Source: Nanobdellota archaeon | Lineage (GTDB): Archaea > Nanobdellota > Nanobdellia > Pacearchaeales > GW2011-AR1 | Length of the DNA: 64,000 nt | Direction of reading: 5' to 3' | Assembly (NCBI GenBank): GCA_030648285.1 | Contig: JAUSIC010000011.1 | Coordinates: 1,513 to 65,512 of the forward strand | In this document: positions 1 through 12,516 of the stretch, one piece after another | Layout of the letters: the number at the start of each line of letters is the position of its first letter | Numbering within the stretch: position 1 is the stretch's first letter | The notes under the pieces: generated by a model | Database searches by the model: none | What the model saw: only the letters and a program-made list of their open reading frames with translations | What the model was told of the DNA's origin: nothing | Position numbers and translations under genes: made by a program

Positions 1-1
1 C

Positions 2-970
2 TTGAGTTTCTGGAAAGGATATGAAGAAAATAACAAAAAGCATAAAATTTTATTCGGAGTTTTTTTAGCTCTGGCTGTTTTATCGAGATACACTGCAATT
101 TGGATAATTCCGGTATTCTTTTTATATTTCTTGGCAAGAAATAAATCTCTCAAATTTTTGAAAGATAAATATCTGTGGTATTCTTGCTTGGCTTTTATTT
201 TATGTTTAGTTCCTTTGTTCATTTATGGAATAACTCATTACAATAATTTTCTTGGTGCTTTTATCCATGGATTCAAGGCAGCTCTTTATTCAGGTGGAAT
301 TCAGCCTTGGAATTTCTATTTTAATCATTGGTTTGAAATGTTTTTTGTTATTGGAATTGTTTTTGCAATAGGATTAATTTACATAGCTTATAAAAAAGAT
401 TTTTTCAAAAAAGAAATTTATTTTCTTTTAATCTGGTTTGTATTTTTTCTTGGAATGGCAGTTTACATGCCTCACAAAGAAGATAGATTTATCATAGCGA
501 TTATTCCTGTTATTGCTTTAATCTCTGGTTATTTCCTAGACAAGGTAAAAAAATACAAGAAATTAATTTTAATCGGAATTATTGTAACAAGTTTAATCTT
601 TTTATCAATTAATTTTAGTTCTGTTTACAGGAATACACATACAGACACATTCAGATGTTTCTTGGAAGCGAATAAATTCTTGAAAAATCAGGAAAATGCT
701 TTAGTCATAACAGATGAATCTCCTCTTATTTATCATTATTCAAAACAAGCAACGCATTTTTATCCAAATCCTTGGAGTTATGAATCATTGAAAAGTCTGA
801 TTGAAAATGATTATCCTGATAAGAATGGTTTTGTATTTTTTACAAATTTTGACATGCCTTTGGCTGATGAAGAACATAGGAAAATCAAGGAAGATTTAGA
901 TAAAAACCTCGAAAAGGTTTTTGAATGTGGAGAAGGAGAAGTTTTCTCGATTGTTTATAAGTTTAGTTAA
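2..970 (+). CDS. GT-C fold membrane glycosyltransferase (ArnT/PMT family), 5'-truncated by window edge
   Basis: Multi-TM protein with 'LAVLSRYTA' and 'HKEDRFII' motifs typical of archaeal GT39-like proteins. Confidence 0.7.
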   Translation: MSFWKGYEENNKKHKILFGVFLALAVLSRYTAIWIIPVFFLYFLARNKSLKFLKDKYLWYSCLAFILCLVPLFIYGITHYNNFLGAFIHGFKAALYSGGIQPWNFYFNHWFEMFFVIGIVFAIGLIYIAYKKDFFKKEIYFLLIWFVFFLGMAVYMPHKEDRFIIAIIPVIALISGYFLDKVKKYKKLILIGIIVTSLIFLSINFSSVYRNTHTDTFRCFLEANKFLKNQENALVITDESPLIYHYSKQATHFYPNPWSYESLKSLIENDYPDKNGFVFFTNFDMPLADEEHRKIKEDLDKNLEKVFECGEGEVFSIVYKFS

Positions 971-1008
971 GGAAAAAAGTTTAAAAATAGATTTCATATC
1001 AAAATCAA

Positions 1009-1263
1009 ATGGCAAGAAATTATCAAAAAAGAGTACTAACATACCGCGTTGAGTTACAACATTTTTCTGGAAGAAAAGAAGAAATACATTTTAATGGAGA
1101 AAATAAAGAACAGGTAATTGAAGAGGCTGTAGGACATACTTCGAGAAGAATAAGAGTTCAACTGCTTCCATCTGATATCATGATAATTGGGGTTTACAGA
1201 ATACCCAGAAATTTGTTAAAAAAACCCATAAGATTTTCCCAAACTGTCGAAGATAAAGTTTAA
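1009..1263 (+). CDS. hypothetical protein
   Basis: 84-aa ORF with BRE/TATA-like AAAGTTTAAAAA ~25 nt upstream of ATG. Confidence 0.55.
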   Translation: MARNYQKRVLTYRVELQHFSGRKEEIHFNGENKEQVIEEAVGHTSRRIRVQLLPSDIMIIGVYRIPRNLLKKPIRFSQTVEDKV

Positions 1264-1287
1264 AAGTAGATTAGTTCTTGAAAAAAC

Positions 1288-1509
1288 ATGATAGAATTAT
1301 CAAAACCAAAATTCAAACTTCGAAAAGAAGATTTTCGTCCATATCATGGAGCTCTCAATTATTGGAACAGAAATCAAGAGAGAAGTACATCATTTGGAGT
1401 TGAACTCAGAGGATATTTTCTTACAGGTTATAATGCTTTTCTTATAGGAGCACCAATTGGCTTCGCTATTCTTGGAGCAATAAAAGGAATAGAGGCTTTA
1501 GTAAAATAA
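1288..1509 (+). CDS. small hypothetical membrane protein
   Basis: 73-aa ORF, C-terminal hydrophobic helix, own TATA-like box upstream. Confidence 0.55.
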   Translation: MIELSKPKFKLRKEDFRPYHGALNYWNRNQERSTSFGVELRGYFLTGYNAFLIGAPIGFAILGAIKGIEALVK

Positions 1510-1741
1510 TTCTGTTTCTCGTCGCAAGGTTTAAATACTCTTTTTAGCAAAAAACTATAATTAAATTGTAAAATTTAAGCATAAAATCGTAAAACAAAAT
1601 TTCAATCATACTCAACTATCAAATGATAGTCGTGGTGCGGCATTCTGCATGTCGTATCATTTTGAGAACTTAATGTTCAATGAAATAAGCACAGAGATTT
1701 TCCCACTATAATATAAAATATAATTAATTCTTAGCAAACAA

Positions 1742-4923
<3,182 letters not shown>

Positions 4924-5035
4924 TTTTGCTATAATAAAAAGAATTTGTTAAATTTCACTTCGTGAGAAAATCTAACCATCTTAATCGGTGGTGAACTGTG
5001 CTTATTTTATGAAGACGGGGAATTCTAAGAAATTG

Positions 5036-5127
5036 TTAATGTATACTGAGGTCTTTTGTCGCTTGGTAAAACTTGATTTAATCGTTTAAGTTGAACAAAC
5101 GTGTCAATGAACCACAATGGAGATTAA
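5036..5127. repeat. intergenic repeat family, copy with both inverted arms
   Basis: TTAATGTATACTGAGGTCTTTTGTCG ... GTGTCAATGAACCACAATGGAGATTAA are imperfect inverted termini, and each arm recurs elsewhere in the window. Confidence 0.75.
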
Positions 5128-5280
5128 TTATTCTTAGGATATTTTTTGTTCAACTCTTTTCTTGCTTCTTCAATTGTGACACATCCTTCTTCATTAAACA
5201 TAAAATCATGAAATTTTTTTCTAGTTTCCTCTTCAGTTATTTTTTGTTTTTGTTTTGTCATTTTATTAATTATTTTGTAG

Positions 5281-5319
5281 GGTGTCCACATTCACTTATT
5301 TTTATTTTTTGTAGTCACC
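5281..5319. promoter_or_regulatory. 39-bp dyad site GGTGTCCACA-N19-TGTAGTCACC at the Fic 3' end
   Basis: Matches site at 6233-6271 with identical arm spacing. Confidence 0.6.
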
Positions 5320-6221
5320 TTTCTTAATGTCTTGTTGTATTGTTTTATTAAAAATTTAACTGTTGGTTTAAGATTGTGTTTTTTGGAATACTCTTGCAGA
5401 GATAGATAATATTCTGCTCTGTCTTCTAACTTTATATTTATAGGAGGATATTTATTTTTTAAAAGTATAAAATTCAACAGCAATCTGCCAACTCTTCCGT
5501 TCCCATCCTGAAACGGATGGATATGCTCAAATTGATTGTGAATTATTGCAGCCAAAATCAGTGGCTTGAACTTTTTTTTATTTTTAATATACCAGTTTAT
5601 CAAATCAGTTAGTTCTTCATTTAATTCAGAAACAGGCATCCCTACATGAGTAATCTCTCCTTTGGAATTTTTTATAACAACTTCAACATTTCTAAATTGG
5701 CCAGCAAAAGGTTTTGAATCTTCAAAGCATATTTTATGGATCTTTTTTATTAATTCCAAGGATAATTGTTCTTTTGTTTCTCTGATAAATTTAACTGCTA
5801 TTGCAACTCCTTCTGTTTCTTCCTCTTCTGAACCAGACACTCTCTTTTTCTTTTCTAATATTTCTTTAACTTCATCTAATTGAACTGTTGAACCTTCTAT
5901 TGCATTTGTATTATAAACAAAATCTTCTGTGAATCTTTTCCAATTAAACCTCTCTAAATGATGAATTTTTATTTTTCCTTCATATTCATTAAGTTTTTTT
6001 ATTTGGTTTTCTGAAAGAGAAAAATTGAATAGTTCTGTATTAGATTCTTCGATAATTTCCAAGATAACGCTTTCAGTTATTTTTCTTCTTTTTTCTAATT
6101 CTTTTGGGGAGAGATTTAATCCAAGATAGCGCCTTATTTTTTTAATTTCTTTATTCTCCCTATAAGAATGAACAAGATAATATTTTATGCTCTTTCCAAA
6201 TTTTCTTTTTTCTATATACAT
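5292..6221 (-). CDS. Fic family protein (adenylyltransferase)
   Basis: Canonical HPFQDGNGRVGR motif and SNAIEG-like 'TNAIEGS'. Confidence 0.93.
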   Translation of the reverse strand: MYIEKRKFGKSIKYYLVHSYRENKEIKKIRRYLGLNLSPKELEKRRKITESVILEIIEESNTELFNFSLSENQIKKLNEYEGKIKIHHLERFNWKRFTEDFVYNTNAIEGSTVQLDEVKEILEKKKRVSGSEEEETEGVAIAVKFIRETKEQLSLELIKKIHKICFEDSKPFAGQFRNVEVVIKNSKGEITHVGMPVSELNEELTDLINWYIKNKKKFKPLILAAIIHNQFEHIHPFQDGNGRVGRLLLNFILLKNKYPPINIKLEDRAEYYLSLQEYSKKHNLKPTVKFLIKQYNKTLRKVTTKNKNK

Positions 6222-6232
6222 AATATATTATA

Positions 6233-6271
6233 GGTGTCCACATTTATAAAAGTTTGTATTTTGTGGGCACC
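6233..6271. promoter_or_regulatory. 39-bp dyad site GGTGTCCACA-N19-TGTGGGCACC enclosing the Fic TATA box
   Basis: Inverted arms flank TTTATAAAAG 11-50 nt upstream of the Fic start. Confidence 0.65.
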
Positions 6272-6287
6272 TGAGGATTATAAAAAC

Positions 6288-6434
6288 CTATTTCTTTCCC
6301 TTTCCAAACAATTCCCTCTGATTAATTATCATGCACACGACAGCACCAACAATAAACATCCAATAAACAAATATTGCAAGGGCTAGGAAGCCGATGGCGA
6401 GGAGGGAGAGGAGAACGACTTTGGGGGATTTCAT
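6288..6434 (-). CDS. small membrane protein (48 aa, not in ORF track)
   Basis: MKSPKVVLLSLLAIGFLALAIFVYWMFIVGAVVCMIINQRELFGKGKK, hydrophobic hairpin. Confidence 0.5.
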   Translation of the reverse strand: MKSPKVVLLSLLAIGFLALAIFVYWMFIVGAVVCMIINQRELFGKGKK

Positions 6435-6455
6435 GATGATTTATAGAAGAAAGGG

Positions 6456-6510
6456 TTAATGTATATTGTGGTTCATTGACATCTTGTTTAATTTATAATT
6501 GACGTTTGGG
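6456..6510 (-). repeat. intergenic repeat family arm (TGTCAATGAAC type)
   Basis: TTAATGTATATTGTGGTTCATTGACA. Confidence 0.7.
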
Positions 6511-6530
6511 AATTAAAATAATTACCCCCC

Positions 6531-7076
6531 TTATTGAATTTGAAAAGTATAGTCTTTGTCATCAATTTTAACATGAAGTTTTATTGTTCGATTGTTACTT
6601 TGGCTTTTTGATTCACCGATTTTTTTAACAATTAAATATGCTAACTTTGTTAAGCATGCCATCTCAAATTTTAAGAATGGATATTTTCTAACTAATTTTT
6701 CTAATTCATTTGGATTTTCATTTCTTTCATCCCAGTTAATAGTTATATCTCTCATTCGATTAATTATTTTTTCTTTTGGTAGCTCTAATTCATGAGCATA
6801 TTCGTTCCTAATTTTTCTAAGAGTATCTAATACATTATATTCATCAAGACTAATAATTCCTAAGTCATGTAGAGATTTTAACTTTATATCTTGGTTTAGA
6901 TTATTCTTCGGAATCATTTTCATTTTGATAGTTTTATTCTCAAACAAATAATTAATAGCATATTCTGCATAGAGGCCTATTAATAAAACAGCATATCTAT
7001 CATTTTTAACAAAGTTTTTACTATGGAGTTCATTTAATAAATCAATAAATTTTTCCCATTCAGTTTTCTCTTCCAT
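6531..7076 (-). CDS. HEPN/MtlR-like protein
   Basis: Helical protein with RxxxxH motif 'LRKIRNEYAH'. Confidence 0.6.
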   Translation of the reverse strand: MEEKTEWEKFIDLLNELHSKNFVKNDRYAVLLIGLYAEYAINYLFENKTIKMKMIPKNNLNQDIKLKSLHDLGIISLDEYNVLDTLRKIRNEYAHELELPKEKIINRMRDITINWDERNENPNELEKLVRKYPFLKFEMACLTKLAYLIVKKIGESKSQSNNRTIKLHVKIDDKDYTFQIQ

Positions 7077-7724
7077 TTATACCCCCTCACACCACACACA
7101 CTTCTTATCAGGACATTCCCCTTCCAATAACTTTAATGCTTTCTTCCAGATTTTTTCAGCATTGGAGACATCAACTTTCATTTTCTTTAATGTTGTATCA
7201 AAAATAACTTCTCCTGTAGCCATTACTTCTTTAGGAACATAAAACAACAAAAATGAGAAATCTTCTGTTTGATAATCATTTTTTCTTAACAAGAAATTAT
7301 AAATGTCCAATTGATTTTGATAATGCTCGTGAGTGTCTTCTTTTAATGCAAATCCACGTGTTTTATAATCAAGAACAATTATCTTTTTTCCTTTCACCAA
7401 GAGATTATCAATTGCTCCATGAAGAATATTTCCTTCCTTGTCTTTCCAAGATATTCCCTTGAAATTATTTCTCCATGTCTTTAACTTTTCTTCATCATCA
7501 AACAATTTCATTTTCACACATTCTCCATTACTGCATAATTCTGGAGGAAGTTCTCCTTTTCTCATGAACTTGTCAAAGTGTGTTTTCAATATGCCGTCCA
7601 TTCCACTTGGCAAACTTGGAAATATTCCCGATGGACGCTTCCATACTTTGTGTTGTGTCAGCCAGAAACATCTCGGGCATTCTTCCATTAGGGAAAGTGA
7701 GGAGGGGGAGAGTTTGGAAACCAT
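7077..7724 (-). CDS. PD-(D/E)xK nuclease, Cas4/RecB-like (solo)
   Basis: 'LSPSSL..CPRCFW' N-terminus, 'GAIDNL..IVLDYKT', 'QLDIY' and C-terminal CxWC. Confidence 0.85.
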   Translation of the reverse strand: MVSKLSPSSLSLMEECPRCFWLTQHKVWKRPSGIFPSLPSGMDGILKTHFDKFMRKGELPPELCSNGECVKMKLFDDEEKLKTWRNNFKGISWKDKEGNILHGAIDNLLVKGKKIIVLDYKTRGFALKEDTHEHYQNQLDIYNFLLRKNDYQTEDFSFLLFYVPKEVMATGEVIFDTTLKKMKVDVSNAEKIWKKALKLLEGECPDKKCVWCEGV

Positions 7725-7837
7725 AGAAGAGAAAGGGGAGGGGAGTTTTTAAAAATATTGAGATATCAAGAATTAGGTTTCTATTAAATTGTTAGCACAT
7801 CTTTTTAAAGAGAGAGATGTTATTTTTTTATATTAAA

Positions 7838-8320
7838 ATGAAAAAGATGATGATAGATACAAGTATAATTTTAGAACCATTTACGCCAGAAAATAAAAAA
7901 GGTCCAAATTATAAACGAAGATGCTTGGCATTACTTAAAAACGATATTGTATACTTCAAGAATAATTTTTTACCGGTTATCTCTCTAAGTATATTGGGAG
8001 AATTACATGGTATAATCAATGAGAAAAAAATATCTTGGAAGAAAGAGACAATGAATGAAATAATCAATGAATTTTTTGGAAATTGTTTAACTGTAGGAAT
8101 AACAAGAGAATCTATAGACATGGCAAATTGCATATTAAAATCTGATGAACGTTTAGATCCATTAGATATCTTACATTTATCTTGTGCTATTTGTAATGAT
8201 TGTGAAACATTTATGACTTTAGATTCTGAATTAATAAAAAGCGAATTTTTAAGAAAATTTATTAAAGAAAGAGAATTTTATCTAACTCCATTTAACATAC
8301 ATGAAAATAAAGATAGATAA
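7838..8320 (+). CDS. PIN-domain (VapC-like) protein
   Basis: 'MIDTSII', 'LGEL', 'DPLDILHLSCA' and 'FMTLDSEL' PIN acidic motifs. Confidence 0.8.
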   Translation: MKKMMIDTSIILEPFTPENKKGPNYKRRCLALLKNDIVYFKNNFLPVISLSILGELHGIINEKKISWKKETMNEIINEFFGNCLTVGITRESIDMANCILKSDERLDPLDILHLSCAICNDCETFMTLDSELIKSEFLRKFIKEREFYLTPFNIHENKDR

Positions 8321-8467
8321 TTATTCTTGTTTTAAAATAGCACCACTAGTAGTTAACACTAGTTTTTTCATTTCTTTTTCTTTTTCTTTGTCTAGTTTAA
8401 ATTCAATAAACAATATATGATCTTCATATTTCATAATCATATCTGGTTTTTTTATTTCTTCTTTCAT
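8321..8467 (-). CDS. 48-aa ORF with PD..ExK-like motif (not in ORF track)
   Basis: MKEEIKKPDMIMKYEDHILFIEFKLDKEKEKEMKKLVLTTSGAILKQE, with GGGGTGA SD upstream. Confidence 0.4.
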   Translation of the reverse strand: MKEEIKKPDMIMKYEDHILFIEFKLDKEKEKEMKKLVLTTSGAILKQE

Positions 8468-8638
8468 TAGAATTCACCCCTTCTCTTTTTCATATAAAAG
8501 TATAGTTTTGAGATTTATAAATATTTTACTTTTGTAAACATTATTTTAACCTTTTTTGTTAGTTATTCGGTATAACTTGTAAACAATTTAAATTTTTAAG
8601 ATAAATATCTTTTTTAAGATTCTATTCTATGTTATCTC

Positions 8639-9321
8639 ATGAAGATTAAAGACTTACCCGATTCTTCTAAACCAAGAGAAAGATTTCTTAAATTTGGTCC
8701 AGAAGCTCTAAGTGATGCGGAATTATTCGCAATATTATTAAGGACAGGAACAAGAGAAAAAAAGGACAAAAAGGAGAAAATGTAATTGAAATGTCTAATC
8801 GACTTATTAATGAATATGGATTAGATAAACTTCTTGAATGTTCATTAATGGAATTACAGAAGATTAATGGGATTGGACCTGCAAAAGCAATGCAGATATT
8901 AACAATTGCAGAAATTCAAAAAAGAATTAATCAATCAAAAAAACCTATAAAGAGAATATCTTGTGCCCAAGATGTTTTTGATATTTTCCATGATAAGCTG
9001 AAAGATGAAAAGCAAGAAAATTTCTATATTTTAATGTTAAATAATAAAAATTATATTATTGGAGAGCAATTAATCAGTAGAGGAATTTTAGATTCTGCAA
9101 TTATCCATTCAAGAGAAGTTTTCAAACCAGCAATTAAAAATTCAGCAAGTAGAATTATTTTGGTGCATAATCATCCTTCTGGAAATCCCGAACCTAGTTC
9201 TGAAGACTTAGAAGTTACAAAACAAATAGTTGAAGCAGGGGAATTAATTGGTATAAAGGTTTTGGATCATGTTATTATTGGAGAGGGGAAGTGGTGGAGT
9301 TGGGAGAAGAGCAAGAATTAA
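8639..9321 (+). pseudogene. radC: RadC (JAB/MPN) family gene split by a -1 frameshift at an A7 run (8757-8763)
   Basis: Frame from 8639 gives [37 protein letters not shown] (RadC N-terminus). The 8791 frame gives HhH plus 'HNHPSG..PS..D..VLDHVII'. Confidence 0.85.
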
Positions 9322-10052
9322 TTCGAAATAGCGTATATTTTTTTGAAACTATTAAACAATTCTTGTATCTCCAAAAAGTGTTCATTATTTGATAATTTAT
9401 TAATTTCAAAATTCAAACAAAATTCAATGTCTTTATTTGAGAAATAACTTAGTTTAATTAAAATTTCTTCTATTTGCTCATTATCATCTGGGTATTCTCT
9501 TTCTTCTTTATTCCAATTTTCTAATAAAAATTTTTCAAAACAAAGCAAGATTATTGGTTTAGAAAATTCTTCTATTTCTTTAATATAATCTAAAATATCG
9601 TTGATCTTCTCATCTAAGGTATCTTCACTAATGAAAGTAATATTCCCTGAAGAATGAGCTATATTGTTTCTTATTTCAACCAATTTTTTATAGTTACCAA
9701 TTTTGCAATTGTCACAATTAATTAATTTAAAATATCTCAAAATAACTTTTTCGTCAATTAAACTAAACTTAAACGGGTTATCTCCTCTTAAGAGAGCATC
9801 CTCATGTTCTTGTTTATTAAAACCTATAATTGTCTTATCAAAATCTTCTCTTTTATTTTCTCTTATTTGCCAGATGTCAAAGTAAACAAAACACATAAAT
9901 AACATATGAAAAGCCAAAAAAGCAAATTGATATTTTCTATTTTTATAATTTGATTCAAATGTTTCTTTTAAAAAATTTATATAGTCTCTTTCGGGTTCAT
10001 TCTTAAACGATAGAGGTAAATAATCAAAGATTTCATAAGAATCTTCAATCAT
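9318..10052 (-). CDS. HEPN-motif protein coupled to the R-M operon
   Basis: 'IRNNIAHS' RxxxxH motif. Start overlaps the hsdMS stop, with SD GGGGTGAAGGAG. Confidence 0.6.
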   Translation of the reverse strand: MIEDSYEIFDYLPLSFKNEPERDYINFLKETFESNYKNRKYQFAFLAFHMLFMCFVYFDIWQIRENKREDFDKTIIGFNKQEHEDALLRGDNPFKFSLIDEKVILRYFKLINCDNCKIGNYKKLVEIRNNIAHSSGNITFISEDTLDEKINDILDYIKEIEEFSKPIILLCFEKFLLENWNKEEREYPDDNEQIEEILIKLSYFSNKDIEFCLNFEINKLSNNEHFLEIQELFNSFKKIYAISN

Positions 10053-12516
10053 TTTTATCTCCTTCACCCCAAACTTCACTTATTTTATCCTTAATCTTTT
10101 TCTCAAAAATTTCAATAAGTTTTTTATTTGAATCAACAAGTTTTTGTTCTTCTTCAATATTTGCCGCAATTTGTTTTTGAGTCTCTAATGAAGGTAAAGG
10201 AATTTTAACTTTTTTTACAAGTTCGCTATTTAAATTTCTTACGACTCCTCCAGTTGCAGCATTTTCAAATTGTTGTATTACAAAAATAGAACCGAGTGTA
10301 TGATAAAAGTAGTTTTTATCTATTTCTTTTTCGTTTATACGAAGTAACAGCCAACCATCATGGATACATCCAGAAGTCTTCATTATATATGGTTTCCCAA
10401 AACTCATAGAATTAGACAGTATAAAATCTCCATCATGTACTGCTCTCGATTTTTTAGCCCCTTCTGGAGTTATTTTTTCTTTAGTTTCTGATATGTATTT
10501 TGTGGCATTTTTAGTATCCCCAATTTTAATCCAATTTACTCCGTTTTTACTTTCAGTTATATATTCATCGATTGGTCTTGGAGAAGCCCCCCGCTCTATC
10601 TCACAAATAGATCTAATCTCAACCATCTCCCAATTTGGATCAATCTTAAAACTGGGTTTATAATTATCAACAACTTCTCTGGCTCCGTCAATTATTTTCT
10701 GATAGCTCTCAAGTTCTTCAACAGTTTTTTCTTGAACTTCTAAAGGTGGAAACGGAACTTTAACCTTCTCTATTTGTTTTGTGGAAATATGTTTAACAGT
10801 TACTGCCCAAGTATTTTTTTCTATTTCTTTCAACGGTTTTTCTAAATTAAGATTAATCCATTCTTTTGAACACTTTTTAAAGTTAGATAATTTACAAACT
10901 CGCTGATTTAGTAATGCTTTTCCTCCATTCCAAACAACATGATTAAATTCTCCATCCATTCCAATTATTAGGTCCCCATTATCTATAAGATACTTTTTAT
11001 CGTATTCCCCAGAATATTTTGTTTCTGTAGAATTTGTTTTTATGTCTCTTATTCTGATTAATGGAAAACCTTCTTGAGGATTGAATAATTTCGAATCAAA
11101 TGCGTACCCTGAAAGAATTTCACAAACATCTCCTAATTCAACCAAAGGCCAATTTCCAGAATAAACTTCTTGCTTTCTATATCTATCTTGGCTTAGATTA
11201 AAATCTCCTGCAAGTTCGTCTTTTTCTATGATTAAAGCATTTCTTTTTTCTAATTCATTCAACTCGAACTCTTTTCCATTTTTAATCGCATCTTTGTATC
11301 TTTTAATTATTTCCAATGCTATTGGCAAATCGCTACCAGAAACCTCTCTTCTTTGAGCACCCAAACCATATCCATCGTTCTCAATTTTAACAAATAAAAT
11401 TTTTTTTGTTTTCTTTACAAGAGATTTATCTAATAATAAAACAGATGTCTTAACACCAGAATAGGGGTTAAATACTCCCGCGGGGAGAGAAATAACTGCA
11501 TAAAGAGAATTTTCTAAAAGCATTTTTCTTAAATCTTTATAAGCATTTCCTGATTGAAATATAATTCCTTCTGGAACAATAATCCCTGCTCTTCCTTGAG
11601 AAGTTAAATGTTCTGAAATATAATCAACAAATAAAACTTCTGAACGATTCGCTTGAACTGAGAATCTCTTATGTGGTTTTATTCCCCCTTTGGGAGTCAT
11701 AAAGGGGGGATTTGCCATTATTACTTCAAATTGGTCATTCCATCTTTCTTCTGAAGTTAAAGTATCATATTCAAAAATTTTAGGATCAGGAAACCCATGA
11801 AGATAGAGATTCACTAATGAAAGTCTAACCATATCTGGAGAAATATCATATCCAACAAAATTATTAATTAGTCTTCTTTTTTCATCCGGAGTTAGAGTTA
11901 TTTTTCCATTTTCGTCTTTATATTTATTAAGAATATGCTTGTAAGCTGAAATCAAAAAACCCGCTGTTCCACAAGCAGGATCTAAAACAGATTCATTTTT
12001 GTCTGGATCAATAGTTTTGACAATAAAGTCGATTATATGTCTTGGTGTTCTGAATTGTCCAGCATCTCCCTGTGATCCCATAACAGAAAGAAGATATTCA
12101 AAAGCGTCTCCTAGTTTTTCTGAATTATCATAATTAAACCAATCAATTTCCTTAAGGAAACTCTTAAGAGTTTCTGGATCTCTATACGGAAGATAGGCAT
12201 TTTTGAAAATATCTCTAAATAGTTGGGGGATATTCTTGTTTTGATTCATTTTCAAAAGAGATTCATTATAATAACTAATTAACTCATGTCCGGATATTTT
12301 TGGACTAACTAAATTACTCCAAGAATATTTTTCAAATTCTCCAGTAAAAAATTTAGGTTTTCCCCCAAGCTCTTCAGACTGCTTGTCCATATCATCCATA
12401 AATTTGTAAATTAAGGCAATAGTAATCTGTTCAATCTGAGATTTTGGATCAGGAAGTTTTCCAACTAAAATATCTCTACAAGTATCAATTTTTCTTTTGG
12501 TTTCGGAATCTAACAT
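10045..12516 (-). CDS. hsdM: type I R-M N6-adenine methyltransferase fused to specificity subunit (HsdM-HsdS)
   Basis: 'GQFRTPRHI', 'DPACGTAGFL', 'NPPF', then two TRD/conserved-helix repeats ('PPLEVQ', 'PLPSLETQ'). Confidence 0.92.
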   Translation of the reverse strand: MLDSETKRKIDTCRDILVGKLPDPKSQIEQITIALIYKFMDDMDKQSEELGGKPKFFTGEFEKYSWSNLVSPKISGHELISYYNESLLKMNQNKNIPQLFRDIFKNAYLPYRDPETLKSFLKEIDWFNYDNSEKLGDAFEYLLSVMGSQGDAGQFRTPRHIIDFIVKTIDPDKNESVLDPACGTAGFLISAYKHILNKYKDENGKITLTPDEKRRLINNFVGYDISPDMVRLSLVNLYLHGFPDPKIFEYDTLTSEERWNDQFEVIMANPPFMTPKGGIKPHKRFSVQANRSEVLFVDYISEHLTSQGRAGIIVPEGIIFQSGNAYKDLRKMLLENSLYAVISLPAGVFNPYSGVKTSVLLLDKSLVKKTKKILFVKIENDGYGLGAQRREVSGSDLPIALEIIKRYKDAIKNGKEFELNELEKRNALIIEKDELAGDFNLSQDRYRKQEVYSGNWPLVELGDVCEILSGYAFDSKLFNPQEGFPLIRIRDIKTNSTETKYSGEYDKKYLIDNGDLIIGMDGEFNHVVWNGGKALLNQRVCKLSNFKKCSKEWINLNLEKPLKEIEKNTWAVTVKHISTKQIEKVKVPFPPLEVQEKTVEELESYQKIIDGAREVVDNYKPSFKIDPNWEMVEIRSICEIERGASPRPIDEYITESKNGVNWIKIGDTKNATKYISETKEKITPEGAKKSRAVHDGDFILSNSMSFGKPYIMKTSGCIHDGWLLLRINEKEIDKNYFYHTLGSIFVIQQFENAATGGVVRNLNSELVKKVKIPLPSLETQKQIAANIEEEQKLVDSNKKLIEIFEKKIKDKISEVWGEGDKND

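Noticed and set aside
4924-5035. Possible 5S rRNA after 23S
   Set aside because: No 5S motifs, and the sequence is explained by pairing with the 23S 5' flank
7077-7724. Cas4-like gene as evidence of CRISPR-Cas
   Set aside because: No cas1/cas2 or array in the window, and solo Cas4-like nucleases are common
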